Shown: positions 18,782-27,543 of the stretch, one piece after another
Layout of the letters: the number at the start of each line of letters is the position of its first letter
Position numbering within the stretch: position 1 is the stretch's first letter
NCBI GenBank assembly: GCA_964540715.1
Contig: CAZINZ010000004.1
Location: 1 to 62,830, forward strand
DNA from: an uncultured Syntrophaceae bacterium
GTDB taxonomy: Bacteria; Desulfobacterota; Syntrophia; Syntrophales; UBA2210
Reading direction: 5' to 3'
Length of the DNA: 62,830 bases
Position numbers and translations under genes: made by a program
The notes under the pieces: model-generated
The model's input: the letters and a program-made list of their open reading frames with translations, nothing else
What the model was told of the DNA's origin: nothing
Databases searched by the model: none

Positions 18782-19441
18782 ATGTTCAAAAGTAAGGGGG
18801 TATTGTTCCTGTCCTTTTTTTCCATTATGCTTTTTATTATCACTTTGACCATTGCATCTGCAGACGTGGTGATATTCCTCAAGAATGGCGAGGTTGTCGA
18901 GGTTCCTGTAAATAAGGAGGACATCATCGGGATTTCATTCGAGGGGAGTGGAGGAACTGGTGCCAGTGTTGCCTGGGATTTTGAAACTGGAACTCTGGCA
19001 GGATGGGAAAGTAAGGGGTCGTCTTTTGATAATCAGCCTACATACGGAGACAACCCGACGGCACGTAATCGAGGACAAGCCTCTGGGCATGAGGGAAACT
19101 ACTGGATCGGCACATTTGAAAACCGCCTCAAGGCCGAAGACAATGCGGGAGCAGTCCAAGGTGATGGCCCGAAGGGAGTGCTCACGTCTGAATCTTTTGT
19201 CATCGAGAAACGCTCCATCACATTTCTCATAGGGGGAGGGTGTGATATGAACGCGGTACGGGCTGAACTTTTAATCAATGGAGCGGCTGTTCTCAAGACC
19301 ACGGGAAAATGTACGGAAACGATGGAACGTCAGACATGGGATGTTTCTCCATACATAGGTCAAACCGCCCGGATAAGGCTCATCGACGCATCCAGTGGCG
19401 GGTGGGGTCATATAAACTTTGATGATGTGAGATTCAAATAA
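18782..19441 (+). CDS. Secreted protein with C-terminal jelly-roll/CBM-like domain, function unknown
   Basis: AAGGAGGT SD; signal peptide ending 'IASA-D'; short N-domain, GSGGTGAS linker, then 'WDFETG...FLIGGGC...WDV...GGWGHINFDD'. Confidence 0.85.
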   Translation: MFKSKGVLFLSFFSIMLFIITLTIASADVVIFLKNGEVVEVPVNKEDIIGISFEGSGGTGASVAWDFETGTLAGWESKGSSFDNQPTYGDNPTARNRGQASGHEGNYWIGTFENRLKAEDNAGAVQGDGPKGVLTSESFVIEKRSITFLIGGGCDMNAVRAELLINGAAVLKTTGKCTETMERQTWDVSPYIGQTARIRLIDASSGGWGHINFDDVRFK

Positions 19442-19489
19442 GTCCGACGTGTTATGCCCGTGAGAGATTAACGGAAGGAGGCATCACGA

Positions 19490-19774
19490 ATGCATGTAGT
19501 GAGTATTGAGAAGCTTGGAGAAAAGATATATGGCTGCCTCGATGACGGTGTCAACTATTGTACTTTTTCCATTGAGCCTGATGGCGTAATTGAATATGAA
19601 CAGAGTTATTATAAGAGTGAATACAACGACTATGATAGCTTTGTGCTTTCCTACGCAGAGACAGATCCCGGCACGTGTTTTCTTGAACATCCGGTGGAAA
19701 TAGGTAGCAGTGACATGAAAAGCCTGACTTATGAAATTGTGCTGGGTGTATGGAAGGATATCTGGGAAGGTTAG
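19490..19774 (+). CDS. Hypothetical acidic protein (94 aa)
   Basis: AAGGAGG SD 8 nt before ATG; D/E/Y-rich; same strand, 48 bp after the secreted-protein gene. Confidence 0.75.
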   Translation: MHVVSIEKLGEKIYGCLDDGVNYCTFSIEPDGVIEYEQSYYKSEYNDYDSFVLSYAETDPGTCFLEHPVEIGSSDMKSLTYEIVLGVWKDIWEG

Positions 19775-19784
19775 GGTGTTTAAT

Positions 19785-20237
19785 TTAAGTACTTTGCCGC
19801 AAGCGAAAGTAGTCTGAAAGTATCTCACCGTGATCAAACACAATGGGATTCGGAAGGGTATCTTCAGTAAAAAACCCGATTTCGGCGGCATCATCCGCGG
19901 CCATGGGGATACCCCTTCCAGTAGCAATAAACACGGTGGTTATGGTGTGCTGGCGCGGGTCCCTGTCGGGTCTCGAGTATGTTCGCATCTGACATTTAAT
20001 GATCACATCAAGGGAAGTTTCTTCCCTTGCTTCCCTGACGGCGGCGTCCTCCAGCGATTCTCCATAATCGACAAAACCTCCCGGGATCGCCCAGCCTGTT
20101 GGTTCATTTTTTCTCATTATTAATGCGATTCCCTTTCCCTCGACCTCGATAATGATATCAACCGTTGGCGTTGGGTTACGGAAGGACTCCAACTCCGCAC
20201 CGCACTTCCAGCAAATATTCTTTGATTTTATACCCAT
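19785..20237 (-). CDS. NUDIX hydrolase (ADP-ribose pyrophosphatase-like)
   Basis: Nudix box '[24 protein letters not shown]'; 'RDPRQHT'. Confidence 0.93.
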   Translation of the reverse strand: MGIKSKNICWKCGAELESFRNPTPTVDIIIEVEGKGIALIMRKNEPTGWAIPGGFVDYGESLEDAAVREAREETSLDVIIKCQMRTYSRPDRDPRQHTITTVFIATGRGIPMAADDAAEIGFFTEDTLPNPIVFDHGEILSDYFRLRQST

Positions 20238-20469
20238 TGAGATACAAGCCCATCTATAGTTTCTGAGCGACTGCTCACATAGTCACTCTGATGTTACGTT
20301 TCAAATGAAGAGCAGAATTGCCGTCTGGCAAAGGAACTGGGTTCTCCCCTATCAGATACAGCTCCAAAATGCACCGTATTTTTCTTTTTTTCTAAGACAG
20401 TCTTGTCGGGCAGCCTGTTCATCTTTTTAGCTATATTGTAGATTGACATCATTTCAAGGACGGATTTTC

Positions 20470-20498
20470 TTGACATGGGTAGGTTATTTATTTACTGT
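20470..20498 (+). promoter_or_regulatory. Putative sigma70 promoter of the PTS-rimI-pyr operon
   Basis: TTGACA (20470-20475), 17 nt, TACTGT (20493-20498). Confidence 0.5.
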
Positions 20499-20534
20499 CC
20501 ATGCAAAATTGGATATTCGGGGAGGGGGGGGGAG

Positions 20535-20945
20535 ATGATAGGTGTACTGATTATAACTCACGGCAATCTCGGGTATGAGATGATAAAGGTTGCCGAGATG
20601 ATAAAAGGTGATATGCAAGGGATTACCCCGGTTTCGCTCGACGCGACAAAGGGTGTGGATGATATCAAGAAGGAGATTACCTCGGCGATAAAAAAAGCTG
20701 ATTCGGGGAAAGGTGTGCTTATTATGACGGATCTGTTTGGTGGTACGCCTTCAAATATCTCGTTATCATTCCTGAAAAAGGGAAAGGTAGAGGTTGTTAC
20801 CGGTGTGAATCTTCCAATGCTGCTCAAGATATCAGATATCAGAGAGGAAAATAAGCTTGCTGAATTTGCCGATCTCGTGAAAGTTTATGGTAGAAAGAAC
20901 ATCTATCTCGCCAGCGAGATATTAAACCGTAAAGCCGATGATTGA
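20535..20945 (+). CDS. PTS mannose/fructose-family EIIA
   Basis: 'IITHG' phospho-His, 'TDLFGGTPSN', 'TGVNLPML'. Confidence 0.93.
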   Translation: MIGVLIITHGNLGYEMIKVAEMIKGDMQGITPVSLDATKGVDDIKKEITSAIKKADSGKGVLIMTDLFGGTPSNISLSFLKKGKVEVVTGVNLPMLLKISDIREENKLAEFADLVKVYGRKNIYLASEILNRKADD

Positions 20946-21474
20946 TCCTCGTGACTCTCCCACAGTTAGTTTCTCCCCCCTGATAAGAATTGACAACAGG
21001 CTTGTACATGGTCAGATACTCGAGGCGTGGATCCCCTTTATCAGTGCCTCGCACATAGTTGTGGTGAATGACGATGTCGCGGACGACCCGTTCAGGGAAT
21101 CGATCATTAAGATGGCGGTGCCCCGGGAAATCGAAATACGTATCTATAACATTGAGGAGTTCGCCAGAAACATCACCTGCGAGAACTACACAGAAAAGGG
21201 GATCGTTTTGTTTTGCAGTATCGGCGATCTGATGCTGGCATACAGGTTTGGTTTCAGATTCAGCAGCTTGAATATAGGCAATGTTTATAATGATGACTAT
21301 GTGTGTCAGCCGACAACTTCAGTATCTTTGAGTGAAAATAATATGCAGGATCTGATGTTGCTTTCTGAATCAGGTGTCATGATTGAGATTAGATGTGTTC
21401 CGAGGGACAAGCCTGTTGATTTCCTTGATGTGGTAAGGCAGTTAGATAATTCCTCACACAGCCAGGATATATGA
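20938..21474 (+). CDS. PTS mannose/sorbose-family EIIB
   Basis: 'RIDNRLVHGQI' with the catalytic His; 'LNIGN'. Confidence 0.9.
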   Translation: MIDPRDSPTVSFSPLIRIDNRLVHGQILEAWIPFISASHIVVVNDDVADDPFRESIIKMAVPREIEIRIYNIEEFARNITCENYTEKGIVLFCSIGDLMLAYRFGFRFSSLNIGNVYNDDYVCQPTTSVSLSENNMQDLMLLSESGVMIEIRCVPRDKPVDFLDVVRQLDNSSHSQDI

Positions 21475-21475
21475 T

Positions 21476-22162
21476 ATGTGGTTGAATTTCCTTGAAGTGG
21501 CCCTTCTGGGTGGAGTTATATGTCTGGACAGAGTGGCTTTGCAGGTCATGATATCTCGGCCCCTTGTTGCTGGCACTGTCATAGGGCTTGCGCTTTTGGA
21601 ACCATTCACGGGACTGATAGTAGGGGCATTCATAGAGTTGTTGTGGATCGACAGATCGCCGGTTGGGTTGTATATACCACCCAACGATACAATCGCCGCC
21701 GTACTGGCAACGGCAGGGGCAATACTTGCTGGAAGAGATATGGTCTCTCATCCACGCGAAATGATCGCCCTGGCGATCATTTTGTTTCTCCCTTTCGGTT
21801 TCCTTGCTCAACGGGTTGATACATGGATAATAAAATCAAACGTCAGAATTTCCGAAAGGGTTGTTGAGTATGCCCGGCTGGGCGATATCAAACGGCTTGC
21901 AAGGACGCATATGAATGGCCTTGTGAAAACATTTGTGGGTGCATTTTTTGTTATTCTTGTATGTCTTGCGCCGGGTGTAGCGATTCTTAATTGGGCATTT
22001 CCCATCCTTCCTGAAAGAGTTCTCAAGGTCCTTTTGTATGCCTACTTCTTTATTCCCATCCTCGGTATCGCAGTAGCCTTGAGCACCATTAAACTGCGTG
22101 GCGCTGTCCCGGTATTCGCAGGACTTTTCCTTCTGGCCACTCTGATTTTGAAGATCTTTTAG
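21476..22162 (+). CDS. PTS mannose-family EIIC
   Basis: 'ISRPLVAGTVIG', 'GAFIELLW', 'GLYIPP'; multiple TM helices. Confidence 0.85.
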   Translation: MWLNFLEVALLGGVICLDRVALQVMISRPLVAGTVIGLALLEPFTGLIVGAFIELLWIDRSPVGLYIPPNDTIAAVLATAGAILAGRDMVSHPREMIALAIILFLPFGFLAQRVDTWIIKSNVRISERVVEYARLGDIKRLARTHMNGLVKTFVGAFFVILVCLAPGVAILNWAFPILPERVLKVLLYAYFFIPILGIAVALSTIKLRGAVPVFAGLFLLATLILKIF

Positions 22163-22177
22163 ACGGGAGATGCCGGC

Positions 22178-22648
22178 ATGGCGATTATGCCTGTAAATTT
22201 TGAAACGCGCGATATGACTGCTGACGATATGGTTGATGTCCTGTCGATTGAATCTGTTTCCTTTCCCACACCATGGTCAGAAGGCATGTTTCGGGAGGAG
22301 ATGCAACACCCCTTCTGTCATGATCTTGTGGCCCATGTAGCGGATCATATTGTCGGTTATATATGTTTTGCGATAGTCTCCGATGAGGTTCATCTCAGAA
22401 ATCTCGCTGTCCTTGAAGACTGGAAGAGGCAAGGGGTGGCCTCAACTCTCCTGTCGGGGATGATAGCAATAGTCTCCGGCACAGGCGCCCGATACGGCAC
22501 TCTCGAGGTAAGAAAATCGAATATGGGTGCATTAGAGTTATACAATAAATTCGGTTTTGTGATAAAAGGAATAAGACCTTCATATTACTCAGATACACGC
22601 GAAGACGCACTTATTATGTGGGCGGATTTTCAGATGATAAAACCATGA
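22178..22648 (+). CDS. rimI: Ribosomal protein S18 alanine N-acetyltransferase
   Basis: 'SFPTPWS', 'RQGVAS', 'LEVRKSN', 'IRPSYYSDTREDALIM'. Confidence 0.93.
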   Translation: MAIMPVNFETRDMTADDMVDVLSIESVSFPTPWSEGMFREEMQHPFCHDLVAHVADHIVGYICFAIVSDEVHLRNLAVLEDWKRQGVASTLLSGMIAIVSGTGARYGTLEVRKSNMGALELYNKFGFVIKGIRPSYYSDTREDALIMWADFQMIKP

Positions 22649-23466
22649 AATCATATATCTCCGCGACAGTTTTTTCTCAGAGGGAAACAGCCAGAGGGCA
22701 TTTTCTGATGGCCTTAAAGACGTCCGCATCTTTCAGAGAATCTCTTCCAGGTCAGTTCATCATGGTGAGAACGGATACCAACGACGGCCTGTTTCTTCCC
22801 AGACCTTTCAGTATCTATTCCGTGTATTCCCGCGGTGGCGATACTTTTGTTGAGATACTTTACAAGGTTGTGGGGAAGGGGACAGAGGTCTTTTCCGGTT
22901 TTACTCAGAACGATGTCCTGAACATACTCGGGCCCCTTGGAGGAGGATTTGACGTCCCGTCGGCATGCAAAAAAATATTTCTGATAGCCGGTGGTGTCGG
23001 TATAGCCCCCCTTTCGTTTCTGGCCCAGCGCTGCAGGAAAGAGATTCATGGTGCGGAAATTACCTGCTACATGGGAGCGGCAAGTTCGGAAGCGCTTTTG
23101 GGGGTGGACAGAATTGAGGAGAGTTGCTCTGTGGTGAAAATAAGCACGGATGATGGAAGCAGGGGGTATTCCGGTCCGGTAACAGAGCTCTTCAGGTGCG
23201 ATATGGACCTCTACGTGGATGATACCGTACATATATATTCATGCGGTCCGAATCCAATGCTCAGAAGCCTGCACGAATTATTGAAGGGTCGTCAGATTGC
23301 CTGCGAGGTTTCTCTTGAAGAGCGTATGGCATGCGGCATAGGGGCCTGTCTCGGGTGTGTTGTGAAAACAAAATCCGGGGGGGTGAGCGACGGTCCGGCA
23401 AGAGTCTGTAAGGAAGGGCCGGTGTTTGATATCAACAGTGTAGATTTTGGTGACGACAGCGGATAG
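22645..23466 (+). CDS. pyrK: Dihydroorotate dehydrogenase electron transfer subunit
   Basis: 'PGQF', 'RPFSI', 'GPLG', 'AGGVGIAP', 'CGPNPM', '[11 protein letters not shown]...VCKEGPVF'. Confidence 0.93.
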   Translation: MKSYISATVFSQRETARGHFLMALKTSASFRESLPGQFIMVRTDTNDGLFLPRPFSIYSVYSRGGDTFVEILYKVVGKGTEVFSGFTQNDVLNILGPLGGGFDVPSACKKIFLIAGGVGIAPLSFLAQRCRKEIHGAEITCYMGAASSEALLGVDRIEESCSVVKISTDDGSRGYSGPVTELFRCDMDLYVDDTVHIYSCGPNPMLRSLHELLKGRQIACEVSLEERMACGIGACLGCVVKTKSGGVSDGPARVCKEGPVFDINSVDFGDDSG

Positions 23467-23470
23467 TGAC

Positions 23471-24385
23471 ATGAAATTAAAAATGGGTGTTGATATAGGA
23501 GGCCTGGCGCTGAAAAACCCGGTCATGACCGCATCGGGCACATTCGGTTATGGTGAGGAATATGCCGATTATCTTGACCTTAATCGTCTCGGTGCCATCG
23601 TTGTCAAGGGATTGTCCCTAAATCCGAGAGAGGGAAATTTGTCGCCGAGGACCATGGAAACAGCCTCCGGAATGCTCAACGCCGTCGGCCTTCAGAACGT
23701 GGGTGTAAGGGCCTTTATTGACGACAAACTGCCCTGGCTCAGCAGGGTCGATTCCGCAGTAATTGTAAATATATTCGGAGAGAGTCTTGAGGATTACGTG
23801 AAGGTTGCGGAGATTCTCAGCAATGCCGAGGGGGTGGCCGCGGTTGAAGTAAACATATCCTGTCCCAATGTCAAGAGGGGAGGGATCGCATTCGGTTCCG
23901 ACCCGGTAGTCGCCGGGGAGGTGACACGGGCGGTGAAGGATGTCTCGCGGATTCCCGTCATCGTGAAGCTGACTCCGAACGTGACGGACATAACTGAAAT
24001 CGCCAGAAGTGTTGAATCCGCCGGGGCTGACGCCATTTCTCTCATCAACACGATTACTGGAATGTCGGTGGATATCGAAAAGAGAATGCCGCACCTGGAA
24101 AACATCACCGGCGGCCTGTCCGGACCGGCAATAAAACCGGTCGCACTCAGGATGGTGTGGGAAGTTGTGAACGCGGTTTCCATCCCGACTATAGGCGTAG
24201 GTGGAATAATGAACGCTCGCGACGCCATCGAATTTCTCATTGTGGGTGCAAAAGCAGTCCAGGTCGGAACGGCTAATTTTCTTAATCCGGGAGTAACCGC
24301 CGACATTATCGATGATATTGAAAGGTTCATGTCTGAGAATGGTATTGGTGATATAAACGACCTGACAGGGACACTCAGGATATAG
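23471..24385 (+). CDS. pyrD: Dihydroorotate dehydrogenase 1B catalytic subunit
   Basis: '[11 protein letters not shown]', 'MLNAVGLQN', 'NISCPNV', 'KLTPN', 'INT', '[10 protein letters not shown]'. Confidence 0.96.
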   Translation: MKLKMGVDIGGLALKNPVMTASGTFGYGEEYADYLDLNRLGAIVVKGLSLNPREGNLSPRTMETASGMLNAVGLQNVGVRAFIDDKLPWLSRVDSAVIVNIFGESLEDYVKVAEILSNAEGVAAVEVNISCPNVKRGGIAFGSDPVVAGEVTRAVKDVSRIPVIVKLTPNVTDITEIARSVESAGADAISLINTITGMSVDIEKRMPHLENITGGLSGPAIKPVALRMVWEVVNAVSIPTIGVGGIMNARDAIEFLIVGAKAVQVGTANFLNPGVTADIIDDIERFMSENGIGDINDLTGTLRI

Positions 24386-24445
24386 CGGGTTTTCTGAAAG
24401 TTCCAGCGGTACTATCATTTTCAACCCCTGGAAAACGGAGCCGTA

Positions 24446-25849
24446 GTGACAGCAACAGTGAAGACAGAAGCGTACGATGTGATAATACTCGGTGCGGGAC
24501 CTGGAGGATATGTCGCCGGTATCCGGGCCGGTCAGCTTGGTCTGAAGGCCTGTATTATAGAAAGGGACACCCTTGGGGGTGTGTGTCTGAACCGGGGATG
24601 CATTCCCACGAAGAGCCTCATTCACCAGGCCGGGATTTTTCATTCTCGTCTTGAGCTGGAAAAGATGGGGCTTGCCATTGATTCTAAAAAGTTTGATTAC
24701 GGATATGTGCAGGATCAATCCAGGGCGGCAGTCCGGTCACTGGTTAAAGGTGTCGAGTATCTGCTGAAAAAAAACAAGGTTGATCATATCCATGGCACAG
24801 CCAGAATCGTTTCAGGAAACAGTGTGATGCTTGATGATCAAACCGAAATCACAGGGAAAAATATTGTAATTGCAACGGGATCACGCCCTTCGCAGATACA
24901 GGGTTTCGAGTTTGATGAAAAACAGGTTCTTTCTTCGAATGGAATCCTTTCTATCAATGAGCTCCCCGACAGTCTGATTATACTTGGAGCGGGTGCCATC
25001 GGATGCGAGTTTGCCTATATCATGAACCGATTCGGTGTAAAGGTGCATCTCGTTGAGATGGAAAAACATATTCTGCCTGTTGAAGATGCACGGGTAGTTG
25101 CCGTTCTCGAAAGGTCATTTAAGGATAGCGGCATTAATGTGATTACCGGGGCACGCGCGAATTCCTTAGAGAAGGCATCCGGGAAGGTGGCTGTTTCCCT
25201 TACGGACAAAGATGGCAACTCATTGAAAATAGATGCGGAAAAAGTTTTATGTGTGTTCGGGAGGACTCCGAATACCGATAAAATCGGCCTGGAAAATATC
25301 GGGTTGAAAACCGAAAAGGGCTATATCCCGGTTGGCGATTACTATCAGACACTTATTGGGGGGGTCTATGCCGTCGGGGACGTGGTAAAAACGCCGCTTC
25401 TGGCTCATGTCGCTTCTAAGGAAGGTGAAATTGTCAGTGAATATATTGCCGGCCGTTCACCTCAGTCTCGAATTGATTTAAATGAAATACCTTCAGCTGT
25501 TTATTGTGAGCCGCAGCTGGCAAGTTTCGGCCTTAGAGAAAACCAGGCAAAAGAACAGAACATCCCCTACAAAAAGGCGATTTATCCGTACAGGGGAGTG
25601 GGTAAAGCTGTTGCAATTGGTAAAATCGAAGGCGTTGTTAAAACCCTCTATGACCCGGAGACAAATGAGATTTTAGGCGCCCATATCGTGGGGCATGATG
25701 CCACGGAACTGATCCATGAGATCCTTCTGGCAAAAACTTCTGGATTGTTGCCTGAAAATATTGCCGGGATGATCCATGCGCATCCAACCATGTCCGAGGT
25801 AGTGATGGAACAGATGCGTGCAGTTGATGGTCAGCCGATACATATGTAG
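24446..25849 (+). CDS. lpdA: Dihydrolipoyl dehydrogenase
   Basis: 'GAGPGGYVA', redox disulfide 'GGVCLNRGCIPTK', 'GAGAIG', C-terminal 'HAHPTMSE'. Confidence 0.95.
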   Translation: MTATVKTEAYDVIILGAGPGGYVAGIRAGQLGLKACIIERDTLGGVCLNRGCIPTKSLIHQAGIFHSRLELEKMGLAIDSKKFDYGYVQDQSRAAVRSLVKGVEYLLKKNKVDHIHGTARIVSGNSVMLDDQTEITGKNIVIATGSRPSQIQGFEFDEKQVLSSNGILSINELPDSLIILGAGAIGCEFAYIMNRFGVKVHLVEMEKHILPVEDARVVAVLERSFKDSGINVITGARANSLEKASGKVAVSLTDKDGNSLKIDAEKVLCVFGRTPNTDKIGLENIGLKTEKGYIPVGDYYQTLIGGVYAVGDVVKTPLLAHVASKEGEIVSEYIAGRSPQSRIDLNEIPSAVYCEPQLASFGLRENQAKEQNIPYKKAIYPYRGVGKAVAIGKIEGVVKTLYDPETNEILGAHIVGHDATELIHEILLAKTSGLLPENIAGMIHAHPTMSEVVMEQMRAVDGQPIHM

Positions 25850-25876
25850 GATTTGATTAAAAAAGTGCCGGTATCC

Positions 25877-26026
25877 TCATAGCTTCTTTTTCAGGACCAG
25901 GCGGGCGAAGTGTTCAAAAGACCTGTCGAAACAGCAGCAGGGGAGGTCCCGAATTTTCAGGTGTTACCTTATGCTTATGCAGTCGCAGCATGTTCCCTTG
26001 TGGCGCAGCGTGGTCTCTAATTCCAT
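25877..26026 (-). pseudogene. Decayed small Cys-rich protein gene (DUF6485-like, from memory)
   Basis: One frame reads MELETTLRHKGTCCDCISIR*HLKIRDLPCCCFDRSFEHFARLVLKKKL* with an internal TAA at 25966-25964. Confidence 0.5.
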
Positions 26027-26049
26027 TACGAATGCCCTGATTCATACCG

Positions 26050-27522
26050 CTATTTTTTCAATCTGTTTATCGCATTCAATCCCGCCGAAAGCATTTTAAC
26101 CGCCAGAGGGCCGGATTCCTGATCCGAGCCGGTTGACAGGGGCGGCATGATACATTGCGGACCGTAAAGATCGTTCATCATTTTGGCAACTTCTTTTTTA
26201 ACAAGCGCGCGGAAAGGGACATGCGCGATCATGCCGTACATGGCCGCGTTACCGCTTGTCGCCAGTTCGGGATTACGACGTACAGCCTCCACACCTTTTT
26301 GAAGGTCTGCCAGATATTGATCTGCAATGGCGGCATGCCGCGGTGTTATCATGCAGTGCAGGGCATCAGGTCTCTGGAGACGGTCCACCAGCCAGCCCTT
26401 TTCTTCGAGCTGGTCGCCTACGGCAAAAATATTCACATCTTTATCTTCTGATGTATAGGCGAAAACACCCATGGCGGGTTTTCCCAGAATCTTGAGCCCG
26501 CCGATGGCCTCAATCCCGGCTTTGAGTTTATCGGTGGTATCCATGATGGCGCGGGCAATATTCAGATAACCGTCCATGCCGATGGCGTTCAGTGCAGCCC
26601 AAGCGGCCGCAATGGCACCGCCGGGACGGGTACCAAGAAGGGCGGGGGAAGCAAAGACTCCGCCGGGCCAGTCCGTACAGATAAAAAACTGATGCTTCAG
26701 ATAGTCAATATTGCGGTAGAGCAAAGTTGAGGCGCCCTTGGCGCTGAAGGCATACTTGTGGACGTCGGCCGAGATCGAAGTCACGCCGGGAACCCTGAAA
26801 TCAAAAGGCGGCACCTCATAACCCAACCGCTCGACAAAGGGCAGCAGAAATCCTCCCAGACAGCTGTCCACGTGAAAAGGAATCCCGCGCGAAAGTGCGA
26901 TCTCTCCCAGCTGCTCAATCGGATCGATCACCCCGTGCGGGTAGGATGGGGCTGAAGCAACTATCATGATGGTATTGCGGTTGATTTTCTTTCGCACGAC
27001 ATTTACATCGGCCCGGCAGTCGCTATCTACCGGCACATGCACCATCTTGACACCGAAATATTTCGCGGCCTTTTCCCAGGCGACATGAATAGTCTCAGGA
27101 GCGATCATTTCCGGCCGGCGCAATGGAATTACGCGTCTGGCGCTGGCCATCTCGCGGTAGGCAAGTACAGGTAACAGACAGCTTTCGGTGCCGCCTGAAG
27201 TCATGACGCCAGCTACCTGGTCGTCACCGTTCAACATCGAAGCGGTCATGCGCACCACCTCGTGTTCAAATCGCTTCAGACTGCGAAAGGCCATCGGGTT
27301 CAGGGCATTTTCACTGAAATACATACCATAGGCCTCTTTCAGAAAATCGGTATGTTCTTCACCCAGATAATACACAAGACTGAATATTTTATTATCGCGG
27401 TAGTTCACATCTTCTCCGGCAAAGCCTTGCAGCCTGTCCAGCACCTCTTTACGCGGGATGCCTTTTTCTGGGATGCTCTTCATAGTATTCTCCCTTTCTG
27501 CAGTATCTGTTTGTTTCGTCAT
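26050..27522 (-). CDS. Group II PLP-dependent enzyme, sphingosine-1-phosphate lyase (SPL/Dpl1)-like
   Basis: 'ENALNP', 'MTSGGTES', 'HVAWEKAA', 'SAPSYPHGVIDPI', 'HVDSCLGGF', PLP lysine in 'SADVHKY', 'GTRPGG'. Confidence 0.88.
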   Translation of the reverse strand: MTKQTDTAERENTMKSIPEKGIPRKEVLDRLQGFAGEDVNYRDNKIFSLVYYLGEEHTDFLKEAYGMYFSENALNPMAFRSLKRFEHEVVRMTASMLNGDDQVAGVMTSGGTESCLLPVLAYREMASARRVIPLRRPEMIAPETIHVAWEKAAKYFGVKMVHVPVDSDCRADVNVVRKKINRNTIMIVASAPSYPHGVIDPIEQLGEIALSRGIPFHVDSCLGGFLLPFVERLGYEVPPFDFRVPGVTSISADVHKYAFSAKGASTLLYRNIDYLKHQFFICTDWPGGVFASPALLGTRPGGAIAAAWAALNAIGMDGYLNIARAIMDTTDKLKAGIEAIGGLKILGKPAMGVFAYTSEDKDVNIFAVGDQLEEKGWLVDRLQRPDALHCMITPRHAAIADQYLADLQKGVEAVRRNPELATSGNAAMYGMIAHVPFRALVKKEVAKMMNDLYGPQCIMPPLSTGSDQESGPLAVKMLSAGLNAINRLKK

Positions 27523-27543
27523 TCATTGGTTCCGGCAAATCAT

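Noticed and set aside
20294-20476. 60-aa minus-strand ORF upstream of the NUDIX gene
   Set aside because: Overlaps the predicted PTS promoter, has no SD and no motif; treated as spurious.
23618-24718. 366-aa antisense ORF over pyrD/lpdA, and similar long shadows such as 55679-56419, 59499-60188, 8295-8879, 11633-12214 and 32094-32672
   Set aside because: They lie wholly opposite well-supported genes and have no recognisable motifs; typical antisense shadows of biased codon usage.
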